This document shows positions 48,946 through 60,274 of a DNA stretch of 64,000 bases, in pieces. The first letter of the stretch is position 1, and every line of letters starts with the position of its first letter. A program made the position numbers and the translations under genes. The notes under the pieces were generated by a model. The model did not search any database and was not told the DNA's origin. It worked only from the letters and a program-made list of their open reading frames with translations. This stretch comes from the human T2T-CHM13v2.0 reference genome, Homo sapiens, in NCBI RefSeq assembly GCF_009914755.1, contig NC_060936.1; one strand, given 5' to 3'.

Positions 48946-49244
48946 TAATTAGAAATAGACACAATTATTATAAAGCAAATATTTTTTGTCTTCTACTCCT
49001 GGCGGTGAAATAGGTAAATATGGGAGAAAACTATCTGTCTCACTGTCGTGGGATGCTAGATATAATGCCCCAACTTGGTAGTTTATTAATGAATGGGAAA
49101 ACACATCCGAGTGGCAGCCAGAGAAAGTGGCCTTTGACATCCAGTTACTACTGGCCTTTGATGTAAACAGATTCCTTCTAGAGGCAGGTCTTCAGGACAC
49201 AAGCGGGAGTCACTGTGGTGATGCCAGTTCCTCTTGTGTTTCAG

Positions 49245-49298
49245 CCACCACTGGAGTAGCTCCTGGCACAACTGTTGCCCCTGGCAGTTCCAAGACAG
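49245..49298 (+). CDS. MUC19: MUC19 54-nt exon A: (A)TTGVAPGTTVAPGSSKT
   Basis: tttcag|CC...CAG|gtaagt. Confidence 0.85.
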
Positions 49299-49446
49299 GT
49301 AAGTCAACAGGTTGACATGGAATCTTCCACGTGCCCTCCCATAATTAGATATCTCCTTTGTATTATTTTTTGCAGGAGTAGCACCATATCTTCTCCACAA
49401 TCCTTAAATATTCTCCAGGTAACACTTATCTCTTTGTTTCCCTTAG

Positions 49447-49500
49447 AGGCCACCACTTTCCTAGGAGTAAGTGGAACAACAAACATTGGAAGAGCCATGG
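49447..49500 (+). CDS. MUC19: MUC19 54-nt exon B: (E)ATTFLGVSGTTNIGRAM
   Basis: cttag|AG...TGG|gtgagt. Confidence 0.8.
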
Positions 49501-49930
49501 GTGAGTGCTGCTAGACTAAGACCTTTAATTCCTAATGAAACCTTCAATAGTCTTCTGAAAATATCTACATGATTCGCATATGCTATATTGTGAAAATACA
49601 GAGAGAAAGACTAGACAGTCATTATATTGCCTCCTTATTTCCTGAGCTTAGAAGGGCTTTCATTAAAGCATCGAAATGTAAAACCATGACAGATAAATAG
49701 GTAATATGGGGAGAAAATTCCAATTTCCCTGCCAAAAAGAAGGACATTATAGTTGAGAACTGTCTCAGTAAAATTGCTGTGGAAAGAAATGTTGCATGGG
49801 ACAAGTACGAATTACTTCTAGCACTGCAAGTGTCAGAGTAACAATTTGCTTCTAAGTGGGGATTTGAGATCCCTATTCAAATCAGTGGACAAACAGTTGA
49901 ACTAGTGACTCCATCTCTTTGTTATTGTAA

Positions 49931-49984
49931 GTATTACTAGTGTAGTCTCTGGAAAAACACTGAAACCTGGAAGTTACAACACAA
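49931..49984 (+). pseudogene. Dead family-C exon (AG>AA, donor decayed)
   Basis: ttgtaa|GTATTACT...CAA|gccagt; paralog of 37416. Confidence 0.65.
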
Positions 49985-50105
49985 GCCAGTCTGAAAATAC
50001 ATGCAAAATCTGGACATGGGCACCGTGGTTGACATACTCTGCCCACAGCACTGTGTATAGTCTCCCAAACCTTAATCTTTACCCCTTCTTTCTTTTCTTT
50101 CTCAG

Positions 50106-50159
50106 GTGCCACAACTTCCATAGTAGGGAGTGACACCAGCCAAGCAGAACGTCCAGGAG
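50106..50159 (+). CDS. MUC19: MUC19 54-nt exon D: (G)ATTSIVGSDTSQAERPG
   Basis: ctcag|GT...GAG|gtgagc. Confidence 0.85.
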
Positions 50160-50690
50160 GTGAGCTTTTTACTCTAAGGCCTTGGTGCTTTTATCAAATC
50201 CCTGTTCTCTGCAGTGAAAACATGGGTGTGAAAGTGGGTAGAGGAAAGGAGCCTGCATTTCCCCTGGAAATATAACATGCCAGAGTCAAAACCTGGGTGT
50301 GCATAGGAATTCCCTGGCCTCACCTGGGTTATCCCTCTGGATTTCCAGGAGCCCAGGCTTGCAGAGCTAGTTATTATGTAGCAAGGATGAGGGCAAGCTG
50401 CTGGATAAACCCTGCTTATCAGGGTCCCTGACCCTTTTATACAATTTGCCTTTTTCCTAAAGTGTTTACTAACATCTTTCACACTGACTTATTTATTATG
50501 TTTATTGTTCATTGCTGGCCTCCAGTTACTAGAATGTAAGGTGCATTAGGAGAGAGGTCTTTGAACATTTTGCTCACTGATACATCCCAAGGGCCTAAAA
50601 CAATATCACATGAAAGAGATATTTAATAAAGCTTAGTTGAAAGGTGAAATGTATTATTTGAAGAATTTTTCACTCCACTTGCCTTAATAG

Positions 50691-50744
50691 GTACAACTGT
50701 GGTTTCACCTGGAGCCAGCAGCACTTCACAGAGCTCCAGGCCAG
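50691..50744 (+). CDS. MUC19: MUC19 54-nt exon E: (G)TTVVSPGASSTSQSSRP
   Basis: taatag|GT...CAG|gtagga. Confidence 0.85.
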
Positions 50745-50889
50745 GTAGGAAGGACTAAATACAGTCCTCATATGCGAGGATTAGAGTTAACAAGTTCTAT
50801 TTTCAAATTCTCAGTATCAAAATGCCTGAGGTAATTGATGAGTAAAATTCAGAAAGATGAATCTGTCATCTGCTTTTTTTCTCCTGAAG

Positions 50890-50934
50890 GCACCTCTGTC
50901 ACACCAGACAGTTCAGCATCTGAAAGTGAAACAG
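50890..50934 (+). CDS. MUC19: MUC19 45-nt exon F: (G)TSVTPDSSASESET
   Basis: ctgaag|GC...CAG|gtgagg. Confidence 0.8.
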
Positions 50935-51157
50935 GTGAGGAGGAGATAGGGTTACCATCAACATTCAGTGTGCTCTATGGAAAGGGAACCCCAGGAGCAA
51001 CAGGCCAGGACATGAAGTGGTAGTCACTTATAGTTCATTTCCTTACAAAACAGAGGCTTTCAGGAATGTTCTTCCAGTGGATTAAAGCCACATAGCTATT
51101 TCCACAACTGATTTAGGGGGTAATGCCATGTTTATCCCTTTCTTTTTCCACTTTTAG

Positions 51158-51211
51158 TTACTACAAAAGAATTCTCTGGGACAACTGCTATATCTAGAAC
51201 TTCCCACACCG
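51158..51211 (+). CDS. MUC19: MUC19 54-nt exon G: (V)TTKEFSGTTAISRTSHT
   Basis: ttttag|TT...CCG|gtaggt. Confidence 0.8.
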
Positions 51212-51346
51212 GTAGGTTAATAAGCAGGAAATCTCCATGTTTAACCACATAATATAGTTATTAGAGCTGCTTTGATGAAATACCAACCTCATTGTTTTCT
51301 CAATATCCCAAATTCTGATCTCACCATTCACCACTTCCTCTCTCAG

Positions 51347-51400
51347 AGGCTGCAACTTTAACAGAAGGCCGCAGCGTTCCTCCATCTGGATCCAGCCCCA
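51347..51400 (+). CDS. MUC19: MUC19 54-nt exon H, weak donor: (E)AATLTEGRSVPPSGSSP
   Basis: ctcag|AG...CCA|gtgaga. Confidence 0.6.
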
Positions 51401-51816
51401 GTGAGAATGAACAGAGCACAGCTTAGGGTTTAGCATAAATTATGACTCTCCCTAGGCTCGCCTGTTGGGAGTGTGTTTTCCTAGGTAGTGGTTTGCATTT
51501 ACTTTCAGTGTTTTCTTACACTGAACACATTCTGGAAAACTCTTAAAACCAACATCTAGCCCCACAGCTGTAACTTTCTAAAGAGGGGCTGGTGGTACAG
51601 TCAGCATAACAGATTTCTCCTGCAAAACCACGTATACCACTGTGGTGTAGAGGGAGCTGACAAATATTGTATTTCTGGAAAGAAAACAATATAAATTCTC
51701 GAAGCAAGCATATCCTGTATAAAAGTTTTCTTACTCAAAAAAGCAATAATGATATGAAATATTTTCCAGTGTTCTTGGCACATGACAACATTGTTCTGGT
51801 TTTCATCCCATGGCAG

Positions 51817-51861
51817 GCACCCCTGCAGCCTCAGGAGGCCAAGCAACTGGGAGCCTGACAG
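51817..51861 (+). CDS. MUC19: MUC19 45-nt exon I: (G)TPAASGGQATGSLT
   Basis: ggcag|GC...CAG|gtgaag. Confidence 0.7.
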
Positions 51862-52129
51862 GTGAAGGGGAGGGAAAGCCACCCTGTTTCCTTGTCTGGG
51901 AGTGAATGTATGAAATTCAGTGGAGGGGCCTCAATTTGGGCACATTACTATTTCCATTGCTCTTTTAATTTGCTATGGGTCATAGCAAAGGCATATGATT
52001 CTCAGTTAATCAGGAAGCAGTGAAAGGGCCCTTTGATATAACAAAGATACACCCAGATTCCTTCTGGAGGAAGGTCTTCAGAAGACAAACACAAGTCACT
52101 GTGATGATCACAGACCCTTTGTGTTTCAG

Positions 52130-52183
52130 CCACCACTGGGGTAGCTCCTGGCACAACTGTTGCACCTGGCAGTTCCAACACAG
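52130..52183 (+). CDS. MUC19: MUC19 54-nt exon A: (A)TTGVAPGTTVAPGSSNT
   Basis: tttcag|CC...CAG|gtgagt. Confidence 0.85.
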
Positions 52184-52329
52184 GTGAGTCCCTGAGGTGG
52201 CAGATTCCTCCAGGAGTCCATCTATGACAAATTCTCCTTCAGTGTTATCCTGGGTAGGAGAACCACCTTAAGTTTTCCATGGTCTTGAAATATTGTTCAT
52301 CACTCCTGTCCTGTTTTCCTCTTTCTCAG

Positions 52330-52383
52330 AGGCCACAACTTCTGTAGGAGAAAGAGAAACAACAAAAGCTGAAATAATCACAG
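52330..52383 (+). CDS. MUC19: MUC19 54-nt exon B: (E)ATTSVGERETTKAEIIT
   Basis: ctcag|AG...CAG|gtgagc. Confidence 0.85.
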
Positions 52384-52897
52384 GTGAGCTCTGTTAAGAT
52401 ATTAACTATTCCTAAAACCTTCCCAAGAGTCTGGCCTGAAATATGTAAACACTTTTTGGATTTCCCAGAATTAGCATATTAAGGAACATCTAACAGAAGT
52501 CCAATATTTGACATCGATAAATCCAGTACAGACCTTTCAACTTTTCCTCCTTATGTCTTGCACTGTGTGTCTATGGATCCTTCATCACAGCATCATGAGA
52601 CCCATTCCCTGACAGTTACATAGATGATTTGGGCCCAAGTGTACACTGCTATCATTAAACCCTAAGAAAGGGACTAGTGGTGGAGGACTTTCTCTGAGAA
52701 CAAATCACAGTAAACTTGCTCAGGGAATGATATGTTTCATGGGCAAAGTGTGGATTCACTCTCAAAATTAAAGTCCAGAAAAATTAATTTCCTGGTATAT
52801 TAAAGAAACAAACATTTCATTTGTTTTATTATTAAGAGCCCATGCCTGTTAAATTAAGGACCGCAAATTGACCAGTTACAATCCTTTCTTATTTCAG

Positions 52898-52951
52898 GTA
52901 CTACTGAGGGCATCTCTGGGAAAACTCTGGAAGCTGGAAGTGCCCACACAG
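52898..52951 (+). CDS. MUC19: MUC19 54-nt exon C: (G)TTEGISGKTLEAGSAHT
   Basis: tttcag|GT...CAG|gtcagg. Confidence 0.8.
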
Positions 52952-52979
52952 GTCAGGCACTCTGAACGTGGCCTCTTGG

Positions 52980-53122
52980 CCATGTGATCTCATTGCTCAA
53001 CCCCAACTTATGAGTGAGAACAAGCAGTTTTTGGTTTTCCGTTCCTGTGTTAGTTTGCTGAGGATGATGGCCTCCAGCTCCATCCATGTGCCTGCAGAAG
53101 ACGTGATCTCATTCCTTTTTAT
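52980..53122 (-). mobile_element. L1PA 3' UTR internal fragment (no poly-A, no TSD)
   Basis: cttatgagtgagaacaagcagtttttggttttccgttcctgtgttagtttgctgaggatgatggcctccagctccatccatgt. Confidence 0.88.
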
Positions 53123-53289
53123 TCAGCTTGACATTTTCTATCATTTTTCTCCTTTAATTATACATGATGCTTATTTTCTGTATCCCCTCACTAGAAAGCT
53201 TCATGAAGTCAACTGATTATTAAAATGCCTCAAGTTGCATGAAAGAGTTCTACTTATAAAGATAAAACCATGCTTTGTTTCTCCTGTAG

Positions 53290-53329
53290 GCACTTCTGTC
53301 ACAGCACTATGTCTCTGGAAGGCAAACAG
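53290..53329 (+). pseudogene. Dead family-F exon (40 nt, donor GT>TT)
   Basis: Paralog of 62500; acag|ttcagg. Confidence 0.6.
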
Positions 53330-53568
53330 TTCAGGGTGATCTAAAGCCCTATTCTCCCCTTGCCTTGTAGTGAAAGGGAAACCCAGTAGCCACACATCTA
53401 TCCCATGTTGGCCTGGAAAGCCCAGTGCTAAGCAGCTGTTCATTTTTTATTCTATAGAAATAGTGTCCTCAGGAATGGGCTTCTAGTGCTTTAGGGCCAC
53501 ATTGATGCTTCCAAGCTTAGTTGGGGAGATAATGCTCTATAGTTCCATTTTCCTTTTTTGCATTTTAG

Positions 53569-53622
53569 GTGACACTGGAGAATTATCTGGAACAACCATT
53601 ATATCTGAAAATTCCACCACAG
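53569..53622 (+). CDS. MUC19: MUC19 54-nt exon G: (G)DTGELSGTTIISENSTT
   Basis: ttttag|GT...CAG|gtagtt. Confidence 0.8.
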
Positions 53623-53763
53623 GTAGTTTAACAAGAAGGAAATGCCCTTATTTAATGTCACATGTCACAATATCTCTTTTAGGACTGCTATGATAAATTA
53701 CACCCCCAAATCCCCTCCAGTATTCCAAATTCCCAGACTTCACTATTCTATTTTTTCCCTCAG

Positions 53764-53817
53764 AAGCCACAACTTCCATTGTAGGGAGTGGCACTGCTGG
53801 AACTGAACTCAAAACTG
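53764..53817 (+). CDS. MUC19: MUC19 54-nt exon H: (E)ATTSIVGSGTAGTELKT
   Basis: ctcag|AA...CTG|gtgaca (weak donor). Confidence 0.65.
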
Positions 53818-54226
53818 GTGACAATAAACAGCCCATACTTTGGCCTCGTAAGGATTAGTACTCTCAAGCTTTCCTTGAGAGAGTTTGTGTTTCATTTAGA
53901 GACATTGCAAGTAATTCAAAATAGGATTGCTGTTATTTATTTGTTTATTTATTTAGAAAAACTACCAATCCTAGAATTGAGCCTCCCTTCATCAAGTCCG
54001 AGGTTGGGATGGGATTTTTCCATTGTGTTACAAGTCTCACCAGCATTTGAGCTGGAAACCAGAAAGTTTTCTGTGTGAACGTGCGTGAAGTAGAAAAGAG
54101 CCTCATGGAAACAGGGTGCATTTATCCATACTTGTGTAGCCCACAATTGTCTTGCCCAACATTTTCTCCTATCTCTGAAATTTCAACACATTTAAGCCTT
54201 TCTTCCCTGCTCTTTCTATCTCACAG

Positions 54227-54259
54227 CAGGCATCACTGCAGCAACAGGGAAGCAAGCAG
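54227..54259 (+). CDS. MUC19: MUC19 33/30-nt micro-exon I: (A)GITAATGKQA
   Basis: cacag|CAG NAGNAG...CAG|gtgagc. Confidence 0.75.
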
Positions 54260-54521
54260 GTGAGCATTGGGAAAATGCATCTAGTTTCTCTTTTGTCAAG
54301 TTTTCAGTTGTGTTTGTACTTGAAACATTGTCTCTCTATCTCCTTTTGTTATGAACTGTTGAAAGCAGGAAATACATCTAGTTTTCCACCTTCCCTGTGC
54401 TCAGAGAAAGAGATTTCTGTTATGGCAAATAAATACAGAAATACAGCATATCCCTTTTAGATTTGGGTCCTCATTTGACTTACTCATTCACTATGATCAC
54501 CTCAGTCTCTTTGTGTTCCAG

Positions 54522-54575
54522 GCACCTCGGAGGTAGCTCCTTCCACAACAGTTGCCCCAGGAAGTTTCAGCACAG
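54522..54575 (+). CDS. MUC19: MUC19 54-nt exon A': (G)TSEVAPSTTVAPGSFST
   Basis: ttccag|GC...CAG|gtgagt. Confidence 0.85.
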
Positions 54576-54718
54576 GTGAGTCTACTCTGTGGTGGGGAAT
54601 CCTTTCATGGGTGCTTGCTACAGTAACATGCCTTTCCTTTTGGTGCTTCTATGCAGGAGCTCCACCATTCCATTCCATGCCCCCTGAATCTTTTCCATTT
54701 GTGTCTTTCTTCTTCCAG

Positions 54719-54772
54719 CAGCCACAACTTCTCCTGGAGCAAGTGGAACGACTGGGGTTACAACAACTACAA
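54719..54772 (+). CDS. MUC19: MUC19 54-nt exon B': (A)ATTSPGASGTTGVTTTT
   Basis: ttccag|CAG NAGNAG...CAA|gtaaga. Confidence 0.8.
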
Positions 54773-55634
54773 GTAAGAACTGACAATCCACTACCTCCTT
54801 CACAGTAGGTCACATTGCTTCAATCACATGTACCATTTGTACGTCCTGTGAAGAGCATTTTTGTTGGAAAAAAAAAACACTATTCCAAATGGACAAGATT
54901 TTACCTAATACATAAATGTCAGACACTCAAATACTTTTATCTTCCTTTCCTCTGCTTCAAGGAGACTTCACCATGGAGCTAAGGCACTGAACATCAGTTG
55001 TGTGATTGGAGAGAAAAGTCTTTCTTTCCCTCAATGATATATAAAGGAAATAATAGCTATTAACATTTTTCTCATTAAATATTCTATAGAAATGGTGCAT
55101 GCAAAACATATAGATTAACTCCTGGTCTAGAAACCTCTGAAAGAGCTTGCTGACACATTAACAAAACAGAGTTCCCTGAGCCCATCAAAGGTTGTTTTCT
55201 TTTCATTATGTGTAAAGAATAAAAATATTGATTCCTATCACTCTAAGTTCCAATGTGGTAGCCACTGGCAAAACTTTTACACATGAAGAGTGTAATACTT
55301 AAAGCAATAAATAATGATGATTATAGTAATGAGCATATTGATCATTTATGAATTCCTTACTATATCCACTTTTTAAATTAGAGGTTTACATATTTTATTC
55401 CAATTAAGAAATACCTAAGGTCCAATTAAGAAGATAAATTTACAAGTGCTGTATCTCTCCGTTTTAACAATTAAACTTATATATTTATGTTTTCCATTAC
55501 TTTTAAAGTCAGAAGGCCTTCTTTTCTGACTTAATAGAAAGTGTCCAGACATTTTGAATTGAGTTCTCTTGTAATGACATCAGCTTAGCTCATTTCTCTT
55601 TCTTAATACTCAATTAATTTTGGTTTTCTTCAAG

Positions 55635-55688
55635 AGACCACAACTTCCCTAGGAGGAAGTGGCACCACTGGAGCAGAAATAAAATCAG
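55635..55688 (+). CDS. MUC19: MUC19 54-nt exon: TTTSLGGSGTTGAEIKS
   Basis: ttcaag|AG...CAG|gtaaag. Confidence 0.75.
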
Positions 55689-56142
55689 GTAAAGACTTTG
55701 AGGTATTTATGTTTATTGTTGTATTTTGATAAATTTCTTAGAGGAAATTTTTTTAATGAGCTCTTAATTTGGCAATAAATTTAAATTACAGAAAATTATC
55801 ACAGATAATGTAGAGATTCCCTTTAATATGGAGTGTGGTTTTAAATTTCCTTTGAGGCTATAGTATTTCAAGGAAACAGAGTTTCTTCTTAGATTTGAAT
55901 TTGTAAACTCTTGAGTCCAAAGTTCCTAAAGTCTTTCCTTTCGGGAGACTAACCTCAGGGTTCTAGGTCTCTGGAGAGGAGAGTTGCAATAATAGCTCTG
56001 GCTTTGAAGTGGTTTTCCGTTTGAAAAGAGCATAGTCTGTATAACATTTGTGTCCTGTTCATAGATAAAAATTTAAGATTTTCTTTCTTCTTTCTTCTTC
56101 TTTCCTTCTCCTCTTCTTCTCCTAATCTCTTTTCATGTGGAG

Positions 56143-56172
56143 CCACCACTGGAGCACCAGGAAGTAGGACAG
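56143..56172 (+). CDS. MUC19: Possible 30-nt micro-exon via a shifted GAG acceptor: (A)TTGAPGSRT
   Basis: Ancestral acceptor (cf. 60780) lost; downstream gag|CC keeps phase; CAG|gtaaac. Confidence 0.45.
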
Positions 56173-56439
56173 GTAAACTTGGGGAAAGCCTTTCATAGGA
56201 CCTTCAACATTGGCATAACAATAATCATTATGATGAAGGCGGGATATTGCTTACTGCATTAACCTTGGCCTTGTAAAGAAACACAATAAATCTGAAACAT
56301 GGTTGTCCTTATGTCAGTTATAAGTCCAGGAAGTGTGTTTTCTTGCTTCAAAGTCACAAATAGACCTACTGTTGGCCACATTTTTCTAGGGTCACAAAAG
56401 AGTTCCCATGTAGATCCCTCTCTCTTCTTTCCTACCTAG

Positions 56440-56493
56440 GCACAGCTGGAGTGCCCTCTGCTACAACAGTCTCCCCTGGGAGCTCCAACTCAG
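56440..56493 (+). CDS. MUC19: MUC19 54-nt exon A'': (G)TAGVPSATTVSPGSSNS
   Basis: cctag|GC...CAG|gtaaag. Confidence 0.85.
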
Positions 56494-56630
56494 GTAAAGC
56501 ACCAGGCTGGGAGGAACCACTACTTGGAAAGGGCTCCTCAGTGAGGCATCTGCCTGGGTGACCCTACCATGCTTTTCTCAGATGCTTCTAATCTTTGCCC
56601 TCACTGCTGTTCTTTGTCCCTGTTTTGCAG

Positions 56631-56684
56631 AGGCCACAACTTCTGTAGGAGAAAGTGGAAAAACAGGAGCTGAAACAATCACAG
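56631..56684 (+). CDS. MUC19: MUC19 54-nt exon B'': (E)ATTSVGESGKTGAETIT
   Basis: ttgcag|AG...CAG|gttagc. Confidence 0.8.
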
Positions 56685-57190
56685 GTTAGCTCTGTTAAGG
56701 AACTAAGTTTACTTTGTTGTAATTTCCCATGTCTTGATATAAATATGGCAAAAGTTTTAAAATTTTCTATATTTGGCATATTAGGCAAAAATTTAGCAGA
56801 TGTTCAATATTTAATATCAATAAATATAGTTCAGATACTTCAACGTTTTTCCCTTATGTCTTTTGCCTTGGGTCTTGGAACCCTTCATCCGGGCATCATA
56901 AGGCCTATTCCCTGACAGTTATATAGGTGACTTTGGCCCAAATCTATCTTTCTGGACTGAAATTCTAAAAATAAAATTCAGTGGCAGAGGACTTTCTCTG
57001 TAAACTTTCTGAGGGAATTATAGGTTCTATGGGCAATGGATGGATCAACTCTTAAAAATGCAAACTCCAGAGAAATAAATTTTCTGTTTTATTAAAGAAA
57101 AAATTTGTTTTTTTTTTTCTTTAGGAGCCTATGCCCATATCATGAGGAGCAACAAACTGACCGACTGACCTCAATCTTTTCCTTTTTCAG

Positions 57191-57244
57191 GTACTACTGA
57201 GGGCATCTCTGGCAGAACTCTGGAGGCTAAAAGTGCCCACACAG
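57191..57244 (+). CDS. MUC19: MUC19 54-nt exon C: (G)TTEGISGRTLEAKSAHT
   Basis: tttcag|GT...CAG|gtcagg. Confidence 0.8.
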
Positions 57245-57341
57245 GTCAGGAATTCTGAACATGGCCCTTTGGGAAATACAGGTTATGGGGCCATAGAATG
57301 TCCAGGGCAGTCTTCATACTTCTAATTCCTTTCTCTCTCAG

Positions 57342-57396
57342 AGGCCACAACTTTCCCAGGAGGCAGCAGAACCACCCAAGCAGGACCACACCGGGG
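57342..57396 (+). pseudogene. Family-D exon of 55 nt (frameshifting) with intact splice sites
   Basis: ctcag|AG...CCGGGG|gtgagc; paralog 61979-62032 is 54 nt. Confidence 0.75.
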
Positions 57397-57857
57397 GTGA
57401 GCTTGTCAGGCTTAGGCCTGAGGCTCTCATCATGTCTCTATCTGGTAGCTACAGAGAACAAATAGTGAAGGCATTTGAAGTAGGGCCTGCATTTTATTCT
57501 GGGCAATATGGTGTCCTGTCAACCTGGTCAGTTATTCTGCTCCTGAATTTCATGACCTTGGATAGTCAGGCAGGTACTATTCTAGCTTATGGAGATATTA
57601 TTTTTTCTCATAAAAGATATTTAAAAATATTTCATATATTTTTGCCTTCCAGGACTTCCTATTCCCCTACCCACATTGCTTTTTCACTCACAGCTTGATA
57701 CCTTTTTCTCATTTTTCTCATACACTTACACATGATGTTGATTTCCTCTCTCCTCTCACTAGAAAGCTTCATGAAGACAACTGATTATTAAAATGCCCCA
57801 AGTTGTATCACACAGTCCTGCTTATAAGTATAAAACAATGATTTTTTCATCCTGTAG

Positions 57858-57902
57858 GCCCCTCTGTCACACCAGGGGGATATATTCCTAGGAGTGAAAC
57901 AG
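57858..57902 (+). CDS. MUC19: MUC19 45-nt exon F: (G)PSVTPGGYIPRSET
   Basis: ctgtag|GC...CAG|gtcagg. Confidence 0.7.
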
Positions 57903-58163
57903 GTCAGGTTGATTTAAACCCTATTTTTCTCTTGCCTCATAGTGAAAGGGAATCCCAGAAGCAACACATCCATCGCATGTTGGCCTGGAAAATGAAGTGC
58001 TAGGAAGTTGTTCATTTTCCATTCGCTATAGAAATAGAGTGTCCACAGGAGAGGGCTTCCAGTGCTTTAGGGCTACATTGATGCTTCCAAGCTTAACTGG
58101 AGACAAAAATGCTCTATTCCTTTATTTCCTTTCTTTTTTTTTTTTTTTTTTTTTGCATTTTAG

Positions 58164-58217
58164 TTACCACTGGAGAATTGTCTAGAACGAACTTTATATC
58201 TGGAAGTTCTAACACAG
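58164..58217 (+). pseudogene. Dead family-G exon (54 nt, donor GT>AT)
   Basis: ACAG|atagct versus ACAG|gtagct at paralog 62855. Confidence 0.75.
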
Positions 58218-58347
58218 ATAGCTTAACAAGAAATACCTCTTATTTTAATGTCAGATGTCATGATTTTTTTAAGGCTTCTCTGATAAAATATCTTCTTCCA
58301 GTATTCTAAATTCCCAGCCTTTTTCATTCTCCTCTTTCTTCCATCAG

Positions 58348-58401
58348 AGGCCACCACTTCCACAGAAGGGACTGGTACTTCTGGAACTGGATTCAAAACT
58401 G
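58348..58401 (+). CDS. MUC19: MUC19 54-nt exon H: (E)ATTSTEGTGTSGTGFKT
   Basis: atcag|AG...CTG|gtgaga. Confidence 0.85.
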
Positions 58402-58805
58402 GTGAGAAGAAACAGCCCATGATTTGGCATCATAAGTATTAGGTCTCTCAAGCTTTTCTAGAGAGAGTTTGTGTTTGTGTTATTTAGGGACATTGCAAGT
58501 GATTCAAAATAGATTTGCTAGTGGAGGTACGTTTTGTTTTGAAAATCCACTAATTCTAAAGTGGATCATTACTGCTTCATTTCTGAGGATACGATGCACT
58601 TCTCCATTTATGTTCCAACTCTCGCTAGCAGTTTAGGTGGAATTCAGAAAGTTTCAGTGCATGTGTGTGAAACAGAAGAGCTCTGTGGAACCAGGACACA
58701 TACATTTAACGTGTACATTTGAACAAAAATGCTGGCTCAGTATTTTCTCCTACATGTGAAGTTCAATACATTCAAACTCTTTTTCCTCCTCTTTCTATCT
58801 CACAG

Positions 58806-58838
58806 CAGGCATCACTGCAGCACCAGGGAAGCAAGCAG
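58806..58838 (+). pseudogene. Dead micro-exon I (donor GT>CT)
   Basis: GCAG|ctgagc versus GCAG|gtgagc at 54259 and 63493. Confidence 0.75.
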
Positions 58839-59096
58839 CTGAGCATTGGGAAAATGCATCTAGTTTCTCTCTTATCAAATTTTCAGTTGTGCTTGTACTT
58901 GGAAACATTGTATCTCCTTTTGTTATGAATTGCTGAAAGCAGACAAATACATCAAATTTTCCACTTGCCTCGTGCTCAGAGAAAGAGGATTCTGTTATGG
59001 CAAATAAATACAGAAATATAGCATATACCTTTTAGATTCGGGTCCTCATTTGACTTACTCGTTCACTGTGATCACCTCAGTTTCTTTGTGTTTCAG

Positions 59097-59150
59097 GCAC
59101 CTCAGAGGTAGCTCCTGCCACAACGGTTGCCCCAGGAAGTTTCAGCACAG
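59097..59150 (+). CDS. MUC19: MUC19 54-nt exon A': (G)TSEVAPATTVAPGSFST
   Basis: tttcag|GC...CAG|gtgagt. Confidence 0.85.
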
Positions 59151-59293
59151 GTGAGTCCACTGTGTGGCGGAGAGTCCTTTCACAGGTGCTTGCTACAGTA
59201 ACAGGTCTTTCCTTTTGGTGTTTCTATGCAGGAGCTCCACCATTCCATTCCATGCCCCCTGAATCTTTTCCATTTGTGTCCTTCTTCTTCCAG

Positions 59294-59347
59294 CAGCCAC
59301 AACTTCTCCTGGAGCAAGTGGAATGACTGGGGTTACAACAACTACAA
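59294..59347 (+). CDS. MUC19: MUC19 54-nt exon B': (A)ATTSPGASGMTGVTTTT
   Basis: ttccag|CAG...CAA|gtaaga. Confidence 0.8.
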
Positions 59348-60220
59348 GTAAGAACTGACAATCCACTACCTCCTTCCCAGTAGGTCACCTTGCCTTGATC
59401 ACATCTACCGTTTGTACTTCCTGTGTAGGGCATTTAAAAAAAAAATTTTACAAATAGGCCAGATTTTACCTAATATGTAAAAGTTGGACACTCAAATGCC
59501 TTTATCTTCCTTTCTTCTGCTTCAAGGAGACTTCACCACGGAGCTAAGGCACTGAGCATCAGTTGTTTGATTGGAGAGAAAGGTCTTTCTTTCTCTCAGT
59601 GATATATAAAGAAAATAATAGCTATTAAAATTTTTCTCATTAAATAATCTATAGAAATGGTACATGAAAAAATATAGATGAACTTCAGGTTCTAGAAACC
59701 TCTGAAAAATGCTTTTTGACACATTAAGACAACAGAGATTAACCTCACCCCATCGAAGGCCATTTTCTTTTCATTCTGTGTAAAGAGTAAAAATATTGAT
59801 TCCTATACCTCTCTAATTCCAAGTTCCAGTGTAATAGCCACTGGAAAAATTCTTACACATGAAAAGTCTAATACTTAAAGCAATAAATAATGATGATAAT
59901 AGTAATGAGCATGTCGATCATTTATGAGTTCCTAACTGTATCTGCTTTTTAAATTAGAGGTTTACATATCTTATTCCAATTAAGAAATACCTAAGCTTCA
60001 ATTAGTAAAATAAATTTATAAATGATGTATCTTCTCATTTTCACAATTAAATTTGTATATTTATGGTTTTCATTACTTTTAAAGTCAGAAGGCCTTCTTT
60101 TCTGACTTAATAGAAAGTGTCAAGACATTTTGAATTGAGGTTATCTCATGTAATGACATCAGCTTAGCTCATACCTCTTTCTTAATACTCAATTAATTTT
60201 GGTTTCTTTTCATCTTTTAG

Positions 60221-60274
60221 AGACCACAACTTCCCTAGGAGGAAGTGACACCACTGGAGCAAAAATAAAATTAG
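60221..60274 (+). CDS. MUC19: MUC19 54-nt exon: TTTSLGGSDTTGAKIKL
   Basis: ttttag|AG...TAG|gtaaag. Confidence 0.75.
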
